This document shows, piece by piece, positions 1 through 10,183 of a stretch of 22,106 bases of DNA (position 1 is the stretch's first letter; the number at the start of each line of letters is the position of its first letter). The stretch spans positions 1 to 22,106 of the forward strand of contig JBHGNT010000511.1 in NCBI GenBank assembly GCA_043228905.1. Reading direction: 5' to 3'. This stretch comes from Azolla caroliniana (taxonomy: Eukaryota; Plantae; Polypodiophyta). Both the position numbers and the translations under genes were made by a program. The notes beneath the pieces were generated by a model, which worked only from the letters and a program-made list of their open reading frames with translations, had not been told where the DNA came from and made no database searches.

Positions 1-787
1 AGGCTAATAGAGTCCCTAGAGAGGAAAGGCTATGTAGGTTGTGCCACATAGAGATAGAGGATGATTATCACTTCACATGCAAGTGCCCAACTTATGCCGA
101 GATACGAGTGGAATACCAAGACATATCACGACCCTCTCCCACCCTCTCCAAACTATTAGATACCCCGGATGTAAAGAGACTAGGTAGGTATATCTTAGAG
201 CTAAAACAACATAGGGAGAATAAATTACAAAGTGTTAACCATAACCCTTTTACTATTCATCAACTTGTAACTAGTGTAATTTTTCAGGAACAAGGGGAGA
301 CGATGAATGTGGATACACTTACACCACTCGGCCTCTCTCTTGAGGAAGCCGAAATGCAAAGAACAACCAAACGCCCTCGGATGTTGGGCTTCAAAACAAG
401 TCGACACGAAGTAGAAAAGATAAAGAAGATAAGGGAACGTGAGCTACGACGACTAGAAGCTATGGTTGGAGTACCTTTTACATTGGGACCACGGGCCACA
501 TCCACATTGAAACCCTTAGACCTCCCGCTTCTCTTCGAGAGACTTGGATGGAAATGAAATTAGGCCTAGTATAACATCATTTTCATTGTAGAACATGTTT
601 TTTATATAGAACAAGTTGGTTATTTTAATAGAACTATTTAGCTTAAAACTCTATTTTTATTTTTATTTTTTACTTTCGACGAATGGGTAAATATCCCATT
701 TTTTGTTGTAAACCATTTGTCTCATGGGCCAATTTTGGCCTTAGAAGACGTTAATATTTCTTTCTTTCTTTCTTTCTTTCTTTCTCT
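1..787 (+). mobile_element. 3' end of a non-LTR retrotransposon (LINE, RTE/L2-like rather than L1): ORF2 C-terminus, 3' UTR and (TTTC)n tail; 5' part lies outside the window
   Basis: Frame 3 is open from the window edge to TGA at 557 and reads NRVPREERLCRLCHIEIEDDYHFTCKCPTYAEIR. This is the CxxC..E...H....CP.Y..IR zinc knuckle typical of LINE ORF2 C-termini. It is followed by a T-rich UTR, two short hairpins (682-700, 727-740) and a (TTTC)n tail at ~757-787. A diverged second copy of the same end lies at ~15581-15830. Confidence 0.8.
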
Positions 788-1950
788 CAACCTTTAACAT
801 AATTGTGAACCTTACTCAAATCGTAAGTTTCCACCTTGAGTGTTTGAGCTCAACTTGTGCCCTATTGTTGCTTGTTTCCATATTTTATTAATAGGAATTG
901 TTCTCATTATTCATTTATTGTGCAGCCCTTCATTTTAGTTAAGTGATTAAGGAATACATTGGTAAGTTCATTCTCAGCACATATTCTTCATTATTAAATT
1001 TTGAGTGTTAGAGTGAGGTTATGAAGGCATCTCATTGTGACCTATCTAATTGCTCCACAAATATGGTGAGATATTTGCAAAATTGTATTTATCATAACTT
1101 AGTGACATTTATAAGAAAAAGGTAGACAATACGAAGCATGCATGAGTCAAATGTTTTTAAGGGTGGAAGTTAATGTGTTCTTTTTCAAGTTATCTATAAC
1201 ACCATTGGGATGTTTTTCTAGTTTCTTTCAATGTATTTTCTAGAAAACATTGAACAAATTTGAGAACAATGGATCTTTTGATAAAGATTTAGTGCTAATA
1301 TATTTAATAGTAATCGATAAATTGATAAACAAATAGTACAAATGTGTTTAGAACCATTAGAATCTACAATTAACTCTCTCTTTTTTCTCTCAGCAATGGT
1401 TTATATTATATCTAGGCGATTTACATGATACTTCATCATAGATTTTTACCTTTTCAACTGCTCTTACACTATCATAGACAAACATACCTCCCAAAGCATT
1501 GCCAAGAACAGTTATGCATGGCCACATGCCTCATGTTGGTGGAGGACACACAACCATTAACCATGTAGAATATATTCATCCTTTCCCATCTCTTCTTGAA
1601 AACCTCTTGCTTTCAAAGACTACATTTGAATCACCCTTGGTAGCATCATATTCTCCTTTTAGTGTATGCACTAAGGTCAGCCAGATCTCCTTGACTACAT
1701 CCACAACATTCCATTGAATTTGTTGATATATCCTTTGAGATCTACTAGTCCACAAAACTCACTTAACTCTTTGAATGGGAAACGTTTTTATAAAGTTGTA
1801 ACTTCTATGATATGAAAGAAAGTTGAAGGCTTAGCAAATCTTATTGCCCTTTTATATTAGGTTGCGATTGCATGACTTCCTTCCTTCCAAAATAGAGTGA
1901 CAAATCTTTCTTCAATATCACATACATGTCTCAAACCTATGAGAATAATG

Positions 1951-2440
1951 AGAGTGTTGGTTACTAATATAAATTCCCAAACAAGGAAAACCTAAGTTTC
2001 CCATCATGAACAAAACAGTATATGTAAATTACTTTCGATATGGATGCAGGATCTTATCATTAGCATGGATATCCTCCCCAATATATCTTTGCATGGAGGT
2101 TGATTACTTAACGAAATGCATGAAGTCTATGTAGTTGTGCATGCATGAATTTCAATAAACAAATCAATAAAAAACTAATGAATGTACACACAAGCTTGGA
2201 GACAAGAGTGTTGGTTACTAATATGAATTCCCAAACAAGGAAACCCCAAGTTTCCCATCATGAATGAAACAATATATATGTAAATTACTTTCTATATGGA
2301 TTTAGGATCTTATCCTTAGTGTGGATATCGTCACTGAGTCTATCTTTGCATGGAGGTTGATTATTTAACAAAAAGTATGAAGGCCATCTAATTGTGTATG
2401 CACGAATTCAATAAACGAATTATTATACAATGAATGAATA
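1951..2440. repeat. Diverged tandem direct repeat, 2 copies, period 254 bp
   Basis: AGAGTGTTGGTTACTAATAT(A/G)AATTCCCAAACAAGGAAA starts at 1951 and again at 2205. The copies stay colinear through TATCTTTGCATGGAGGTTGATTA and TCAATAAAC, with scattered substitutions. Confidence 0.9.
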
Positions 2441-4905
2441 AAACCACTAGCTCAGAGACTAACTCCTGAAGGGCTTCATAGGGAATGTTTAGACCTTGCT
2501 TAAGGGTGAACCACAATATACCTTAAAGGCTCAAATAAGTCTTCTTGAAAGTTCTTATTGTGTCATCTATTTATTGGGGGTCCTCTAGAAGGGTTCAATT
2601 TTTGGCCTCATTGACACTAACTATTCATAACGAGCAAAACTTTGGGCAATCAACTTCCAATCAAAATTTGTTATTTAAGTTTTCTCTCGTTGTCCGTCCT
2701 TTTCTATTTTTCATCTCTCTCATGTCATTGATGGGAATTTTATGCCCTAAAATTTAATATCTCTAATGTGACATGTAAATATTCATTATGGTATTTCACC
2801 ACTTTGAGGATTCCCACCATTAATTCAATTCATTGTTAAAACAAGACGTGTGTGTGTATGTGCGCACGTCTTTTTGTTGATTTTTGGATCGTTACAAGGA
2901 GTGCGAGCGGCTTAACACAACAATGTAGGTGGGAGGAGTCAAGACATTTTGTTAGGGACACCAAGTGGGGGAGAATGTTATGTTATTGAGATAGCAAAGG
3001 GGGCCAATGAGGCAACACAAACCAAGGTGGAACCCACCACACTTCCAAAGAAGATGAAAAAAGACCATTGTAATTTGCATGTGAATTTGTCTCATATATT
3101 TGGGGGTTGTGATTCATAACCTCTAATGTGGATAGCTACTTAGGCCTCACAAGGCTCAATTAAAAAATCAGCATTTCTTAGATAGAAGCGAAGGATGTAG
3201 TACATGATCAATCATATTTCGTGTAGCATTTGTACCAATAACATTAGTTCACAAGATAGGATTTCACTATCACCACTTCCATCCTCCTCAACAAGGTTAA
3301 ATATGACCTTCTCTATTAAAGTAAAAGTTGTTGAATTCACAATTTTCCAACCTTTTTTATTTTTTGCTGGGTGGATGATAAATTTCATTTATCTATTACT
3401 TCTTCTCACTTCCTTCGAACAAAAGGTATTGCCCATATTATTAGTATTGTGCATGAATAAGGGGAATCGATAATTGTATGAGGTACCTATATTCAATATA
3501 ATAAAAAAGGACTACCATAGTTGTCTTTCAAATATAGCAATTTGGTAAGGTTGTGATTAATGTAGCTGAAGTTGGTGTAAATAATATACTTAGGTATTGC
3601 CCATACCTTAATGGAAAAGTGTGCTAATGTTACATAATTTATTATATTTGTGTGCATGGATGCCTAGATGCGTAGTGGGATTGACATAAATTAGGTTAAA
3701 TGTTTGTCAACCTAATTTTGTAACTTTCCCATATGAGTAAGAAATTAGTATTGAGGTTGTGTAAGAAATAATGGTTTCTGTAAATGAAGGTATGATTTTA
3801 TTTTTGGGAAAAAAAAGAAAAAAAGGCATGACTTTAATATTCCTAAAGAAGAGAGAAAGATGGTAACAAATTATGTTGGCCATATCAACACACTACAACC
3901 ATGTCTATCTTCTTTACTAGCACACATGTTCACAAAACGGCATGACACATATTAACATCCTCACCATCCAATGTATAACATGCGTCTCTGCATGTGCCTA
4001 AATGTGGAATGGACGATGCATGGGGACACCCTTAACATATGCCACATGAACCATACATTGTTCTCCACATTGCTTGAAGCTATCTTAGGCCATTTTCACG
4101 TGCATGATCGTTCCATATGTGCTATCTTCTTCCTTACAAAAAAAAAGGGGTGGTAGAGATAAAGTACATAAAACATTTGGCTAGACAAGTTTCTCTTATC
4201 ATCTTTGAAATATAGAGATGATAAAAAAAATCACTAAGATTGGGGCTATTGAATGCAATTATTTTGAGTGTCTACATTCACATGCATCACGTGCATGTGT
4301 GCATTAATATAATTCTTCATTGGATTGTAGATGATATGCAATAAAACATTTATGTAAGAAATTGGTTCTCCCATGATCTAGCACAATGTGCCAATAAACA
4401 TTTCCCTACGTTTGTGTATGGGCATGAATATTATTGTTTGGATACAACCATGTACATGCTATAAAGGAAATTGAAGTAACTTGAGTTGAGGCCTATCCTA
4501 AACCCCTCTCTCAAGAACTGAGGTCTTACATATGGTTTATTAAGGGAGACGTAATTTCTCTCTCAAGAACTAGGCAACAACTCGAAATAACAAACATGAT
4601 CTAACACAGACACCTAAAATGTTGATCCCTTAAGAACTAGAAAATAGACAAAGTACACATGTAGTGCATAATAAACACAAGCATGTGTATCAAGACATAA
4701 AAATCTACAAAACAACAAACAAACACATTTAGCATGAAGGGTAACAAGGATCAAACATGCACTAGAACAAGTTAAGGGCATGGTGTTCGAAGTTGGAGAT
4801 GGAGTGAGAAAGATTGGATTGATGTTGGGAATATATATTCACATATTTATGTACACATAACATAGATGTATATATCTATCTAATGTATATAAATATACCT
4901 ATTGA

Positions 4906-4923
4906 TGTGTGTGTGTGTGTGTG
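4906..4923. repeat. (TG)n microsatellite
   Basis: Directly visible. Confidence 0.9.
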
Positions 4924-5057
4924 CAGAAGCATGAGGGAGACAAAAGGCATAGAGGGATACATATGAGGGGTCATAAAACCCAACAAGAAAGAGGTGGACG
5001 AAGAAGGTGGGAGGAAGGTGAGTAAAAAAAGGAAGGGAAGGGGTGGAGTTTAGTATT

Positions 5058-5064
5058 TATAAAA
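5058..5064 (+). promoter_or_regulatory. Candidate TATA box of the dirigent gene
   Basis: TATAAAA 150 bp upstream of the ATG at 5208, followed by a CA/CT-rich leader. Positional evidence only. Confidence 0.35.
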
Positions 5065-5207
5065 ACATGGGCTCAAACATAACCTTTGTAAGAATAAAGT
5101 ACAAAAGACCCAAAAAGATTGTGTTGGAAAAAAATAAAACCTTCACACATACACACATACGTTCTACTTCTCTCTTACTAGCATTGTTTCTCTTTCTCTT
5201 TTGATAG

Positions 5208-5801
5208 ATGGCTTCCACTCTCCCAAACATAATGGTTATCCTCCTAATAATAGCTACCATGGCCTTGGCAACGTCCAATTGGGCAATGGCATCGAGACCT
5301 CGAATAATCAAATACTATGTGCAACAAGAGAGTGAGATCGGAATGATTCCAGCATTGGCCGTGTCAGCAGTAGAACGTGGCTCTGGCAATGCGAGCGGTC
5401 AAAATGCGAATCTCGGTGTAGGCTCTGGGGCTGGTGTCGGTGTCTCAGTTGTGTATGAATACCCCATGACCAAGAATTCAAGTGCTGCCTCACCTGTTGT
5501 TGGTTTCATACGTGGAACATCTGTCGTGGTCAATAGTTCAGCTGCTGGGACACTTTTCTTCATGAACAATGTGATTCATTTTAGCTCCGGAAAATGGGCC
5601 GGAAGCACGATATCCCAACAAGGGGAGGCCATGCTCACACGATCGCCTTGGGAATTGGCAGTGGTTGGCGGAACGGGTGATTTCCGTCATGCTTTTGGCT
5701 ATAATGTTGGCTTCTTGGTGGCCACCTCTCGTACACCTCATAACACTACTCGTATCACCACTCGCTACCATGCCCATCTCTCTTATGTTAAAACTACCTA
5801 A
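5208..5801 (+). CDS. Dirigent-family (DIR/DIR-like) secreted protein, 197 aa, single coding exon
   Basis: Hydrophobic N-terminal signal peptide (NIMVILLIIATMALA). VVYEYPMTKNSSAASPVVGFIRG resembles the dirigent motif VFDDPLT....S..VGRAQG. GSTISQQG resembles GSTL...G, and ELAVVGGTGDFRHAFGY resembles E..VVGGTG.F..ARG. Several N-glycosylation sequons (NAS, NSS, NSS, NTT). Size is typical of the family. Confidence 0.9.
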   Translation: MASTLPNIMVILLIIATMALATSNWAMASRPRIIKYYVQQESEIGMIPALAVSAVERGSGNASGQNANLGVGSGAGVGVSVVYEYPMTKNSSAASPVVGFIRGTSVVVNSSAAGTLFFMNNVIHFSSGKWAGSTISQQGEAMLTRSPWELAVVGGTGDFRHAFGYNVGFLVATSRTPHNTTRITTRYHAHLSYVKTT

Positions 5802-7399
5802 ATGTGGTCACCCTTTTTAACCCCTTTCACTTTTGTGCTTTTGTGTTGGCCTATTATCCACAACCCCCCCCCCCCATGTCATATAGCTCCTAACATGGCC
5901 AATACTTACTACTACTTCCTAGGTACTACCCCTATCCCTAGTATTAATCTACTACTACTACTGTTGTTGTTATTGCTCTTGTTTTAAATATTGTTTGTAA
6001 TTCCCTAATACCTCTATTTTATGGTATGATTTCATTGTTCCCTCTCTTTTTACATCGTTGTGTTTCTCATCATAACTCGGTAGACATTTGTTTTCTTTAT
6101 GCACTCACGGATATGGGTTTTCTATGTAGAATTGTGTTGTTCTTATATTCAACTATATTTCATAATATTGTTGATTGGAATGCTACCAATGTTTGCACCA
6201 AAGGTGCAAGTACTCTATGATGCCATCAATTCCTCAATATCTTTTGAATGTCCATTGAGATGCACCTCTATACACATACACACATATATGTCGTCGTTTG
6301 TAATGTTGGTCCATGGGTGTGCCATAGGTAACTTCGAATTTGGTTAAAATTTCCAATTAGTGGTGTGATGATATGGTCATAGGTTTCCACTAGCACACAA
6401 AAATGTTAGCTTCATGAGGATGTCAAGATTTTAGAAATTCACTTTTACCTGGTGAAAAAACTACATCTCCATTGTGAGGGCAATTTGGTTATTACTATTC
6501 TCCACTCTCATAGAGCATATACCATATGCCCAAAGATCACAAATGAGAAAACTCGCACTTCATCAACTAAAGGTGCGATTGAAGGTTTACACATGTGAAT
6601 TGAATTTATGATAATCTAAATGAATATCTCTCCTTGATGAATGACTTAATATCAACATCTACATCATATAATTTTGTATAAAAAACATCTACCACTTCTT
6701 CTTTGTGACATCATGAATACTAATAACTTAGTTGAGAAATCGCTAAAATATGCTTGCATGTATCCAATTTTAAAAAAGTGAGCTTGCTTACATGTTTTGT
6801 CAAAGTTTAGGATCCTAATCATATAGGATTTGGGATTAAGCATATAGTTAAAGAAAATAACAAGAAACATTGAATTAATCTAATAATTACAATTAAGGAT
6901 AACATGCTTGATTAATTTCCCAATAATCGCAAATCGCTTAACTTTCTAATAAGTGTCTTCATATTTACATAAGAAAAATCCGCAAACTAAAGTTGAGGTA
7001 CAAAGAGCACGGTGAGAGAAATCTACTTGAGAGGGAATCCCGAATCCCAATGCATTGTTGGGGGTTCTTTTCTTCCCCGTAGTCACAAATTATATTTGTT
7101 ATTACAAGAAAAATTAGAAAACTAAACATTATTTTTCTCATTAGAACACCCTTACTTTCTTTCCAAAGAGAAACAAGTAATTAAGTCCTGTAATTACCCA
7201 AATTCATTTTCAAATTGTGGTAAATTAATCTTCATAACCACAGTTTTTTTACAAGCATACATATATTCTTAATCTTGTGAATAGCAAGCAAGACTTGAAT
7301 TTTCAATACATGAAACTTCCTCACAAGTTCCCTCCTCCTTTCATGCATCAAAACGTTGCTCTTTGTCTTCATTTATGACCGTTATTGAGATTGATTTTG

Positions 7400-8210
7400 A
7401 ATTTTCAAATCAAGGTTTGGGACTTTGTTGAAAGGATGCATAGGTTTGATAGCACCAACACGGGTAAACATTTGGCTACTTCAATTTTGAATATCATGGA
7501 TTTGGTTTTCCCTATGCTCATGGATAATTTCGTTTAAGTTACAAAAATCCTCAATGGCTAGAAAGTTAGAATGATGTCGGCATTCCCTAAGAGCACTACG
7601 ACATCACCATAGTGAATTAGTAGCTAAATGTTTGCCTTAGGTTGGCCCTCAAAGTTACTCAAATTTGTGTTACTTGTAAGATGAAATCTTCAAATGGGCC
7701 ACATACCACTCAAGTAGAGGGGTGGAAGGAGGCACCCTTGATTTGTCCCAAGATTGCTTCCAAAACCATCGGAAATCGATCTTATGTTTTTAGTATACAT
7801 CAAACTTGCTTGTAAGTTACGCTATATCAACTCGATATTCATGGTAAAACCAAGTTTTGCCATATCTTCTCCATCGAGTCCTTTTTATGGGATTGCATCG
7901 AAAACATTTTTGAAATCTAGAAAACTACAATGAAGATTCTCTCTCTTGCGACAACATTTTTGCATATTGATGTAGATGGTAACGAGAAAGCATGTCATGG
8001 CATGATCTTGGCTTGAATTGGAGCAAATTTGGAGAATGTGATAACGTTGAAATACCTCGTTCGAATGTCCAGTCACGGTTCCATTGCAAAGTGATTGCGG
8101 TGTGCAATTTATTTGTATTCAACGAAACATGGAATTCAAGTGTTTGTAATGTTATGCACATCAATGTAGGTATAGTATTAAACAATGGTATTAAGAAGTG
8201 AGGGTATTGG
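7400..8210 (-). mobile_element. Decayed LINE reverse transcriptase fragment (frameshifts and stops)
   Basis: Minus-strand translations give RT motifs in the right order: LHCSFLDFKNVFDAIP (F.DF.KAFD.IP), GFGSNLGTNQGCLLPP (GVKQGCPLSP, QGC at 7740-7732), LIHYGDVVVLL (LLYADDLVL, 7620-7588) and IGKTKSMIF (N.SKTK.MIF). Boundaries are approximate. Confidence 0.8.
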
Positions 8211-8281
8211 AGACAAACGTGTAGTTTTTTTTATCATATCTTTGGTGAAACCCTATATGAATGAAGTGGACACATTGCAAG

Positions 8282-8566
8282 AGATTGCCGCGCAAAACTT
8301 GCGTAGGTGTGGCCGGAAAGTTAGGTTTCAGGGACTCTGCCCGGGCATGCCAAGTTTGGCAGGCTTATGAGGAACCAACAAGTTCTCATTCCATTCGGTT
8401 ATCCCTTAAGTAAATAAAACTTATCAACATAGCCTAAGATTGCCGGGCAAACTTGCCACAGGTGTGGCCTGAAAATGGGTTCAGGAGGAGCTTTGCTTGG
8501 GCATGCCAAGTTCTCATTCCATTCAGTTATTCCTCAAGTAAATGAAACTTATCAACATAGCCCAAG
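8282..8566. repeat. Diverged tandem duplication (~155 bp + ~130 bp) just upstream of the PPR gene
   Basis: AGATTGCCG...AACTTGC...AGGTGTGGCC...GGGCATGCCAAGTT...CTCATTCCATTC...AACTTATCAACATAGCC(T/C)AAG occurs at 8282-8438 and 8437-8566. Copy 2 lacks the 28 bp between the two CAAGTT hexamers (8351, 8379). Confidence 0.88.
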
Positions 8567-8680
8567 TCCAAGCAATCAAGCCCCTTTTGTAACTGCTACT
8601 CTCAACAGACTTGCTTCAAGTCCATCTAAGAGCTGAGAGAGTTTTGCTCTTCGCCCAAATGACAATCAATCTATATAGCC

Positions 8681-10183
8681 ATGGCTTCCTTAAGGAGACA
8701 TCAGGGTCTGAACCAAGCACTCAGATATGCAGAGTTGAAGATGCAAGAGGGCGTTCCTATGCTAAGGGGCCATGCTTACACTCTACTTCAACAATGCTCT
8801 AAAGAGCGGAACTTGGCATATACCAGAAGACTTCTCTGCCTTCTGAGGTACAGTAAACTTGATACTATCCCTGTCTTAGCTGACCACATCATTAGACTCT
8901 GGTCATCCTTCCAATGCTTGGAAGAAGCACACGAATCCTTCCAAAAGGTCCAAAAACCAAGTGTTCATACATGGTGTGCCATTATTTCAGCCTATACAAA
9001 TGTTGGTAAGGCTGAAATAGGCTTTGAATTGTATGACAAAATGTTGGATTCTGGTATGCAAGGCAATAAATATGTGTTTCTTGCTGTACTTAAAGCATGT
9101 GGAAACATCGATAGTGTTGGTCAAGGAAGACAGATCCATCATCATATTTTGAGAAGTGGACTTGAATGTGATGTAACTTTAGGTAATGCAATGATAGACA
9201 TGTACGCTAAATGTGGTATGTTAGCTGAAGCTCAGAAAGTGTTCAGCGATTTGCCATGTCGAGATATAGTTTCATGGAATTGTATGCTCTCGGGTTGTAT
9301 ACAACACGCTGATTTTGAACTAGTTTTGGAATGCTTTGAGCTTATGCAAGGAGAAGGTATCACGCCAAATGTGGTCTCTTGGAGTGCAATCATAGAAGGA
9401 TATACACAACATGGTGAAGACATACTTGCATTAGATAGTTATGTAAAGATGCAAAATTGTGGTTTGGATCCGGATAGAGTTACTTTCTTGAGCATGCTAA
9501 AGGTATGTGGTAACCTAGGAGCGCTATATCAAGGAATGCTTATTCATGACCAAGCTATTAGACACGATTGCCAACTAAGCCTAGGAGTGGCCAATGTGCT
9601 TATTGATATGTATGGTAAATGTTGTAGATTGTTGGAATCACGAAAAGTTTTAGATAAATTTCCCGATCGCGATGTGATCTCTTGGAATACAATGATTTCA
9701 GCATATGCACAATCAGACCATTTCGATATGGCGTTGGAATGTCTTGAATTCATGCAGAAAGAGGGCATCAAACCCGACGATGTAACATTTATTAGCATTC
9801 TTTCATCATGTAGCCACATGGGCTTGGTCACCGAATTTTTCAGCTCCCTAAACTGTATGAAAGATAACCATGGGATTATGCCCGATATGAAACACTACAC
9901 TTGCATGATCGATCTACTTGGCCATGTGGGAATGCTAGATGAGGCTGGGAATGTGAAACGAATCATACGTGATGATGCTATAAGTTGGATATCTCTGCTG
10001 ACAGCCTGCAAAAGAAATGGTAATATTGAGCTTGGAAGAGTATGTTTTGATCAAGTCGTGAAAATCGAGCCAGAAAATGCTATTGCTTATGCTCTCATGT
10101 CAGCAATGTATAATGATGCCGGTATGGAGATAAATGCTGCAGCATTGGAGGAGATTTCTTCCAAGCTACCTAGGAACACATGA
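8681..10183 (+). CDS. PLS-class pentatricopeptide repeat protein with E1 and truncated E2, no DYW (candidate organellar RNA-editing specificity factor), 500 aa
   Basis: About 12 motifs in the order L-S-P-L-S-P-P-L-S-P2-L2-S2, e.g. VTLGNAMIDMYAKCGMLAEAQKVF, IVSWNCMLSG, VISWNTMISAYAQ, DVTFISILSSCSHMG, HYTCMIDLLGHVG. Then E1 (SWISLLTACKRNGNIELG) and the start of E2 (AYALMSAMYNDAG). No PG box or HSE/CxxC/DYW signature follows. Confidence 0.95.
   Translation: MASLRRHQGLNQALRYAELKMQEGVPMLRGHAYTLLQQCSKERNLAYTRRLLCLLRYSKLDTIPVLADHIIRLWSSFQCLEEAHESFQKVQKPSVHTWCAIISAYTNVGKAEIGFELYDKMLDSGMQGNKYVFLAVLKACGNIDSVGQGRQIHHHILRSGLECDVTLGNAMIDMYAKCGMLAEAQKVFSDLPCRDIVSWNCMLSGCIQHADFELVLECFELMQGEGITPNVVSWSAIIEGYTQHGEDILALDSYVKMQNCGLDPDRVTFLSMLKVCGNLGALYQGMLIHDQAIRHDCQLSLGVANVLIDMYGKCCRLLESRKVLDKFPDRDVISWNTMISAYAQSDHFDMALECLEFMQKEGIKPDDVTFISILSSCSHMGLVTEFFSSLNCMKDNHGIMPDMKHYTCMIDLLGHVGMLDEAGNVKRIIRDDAISWISLLTACKRNGNIELGRVCFDQVVKIEPENAIAYALMSAMYNDAGMEINAAALEEISSKLPRNT

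Noticed and set aside
2963-2985. Polypurine-tract-like AAGTGGGGGAGAA followed by TGTTA (possible LTR start)
   Set aside because: No matching second LTR or recognisable pol sequence nearby; it cannot be supported beyond the motif.
3650-4760. Frequent CATG/TGCATG (RY-like) motifs upstream of the dirigent gene
   Set aside because: CATG/TGCA enrichment is expected from deamination of methylated CG/CHG in old repeats and occurs throughout the window.
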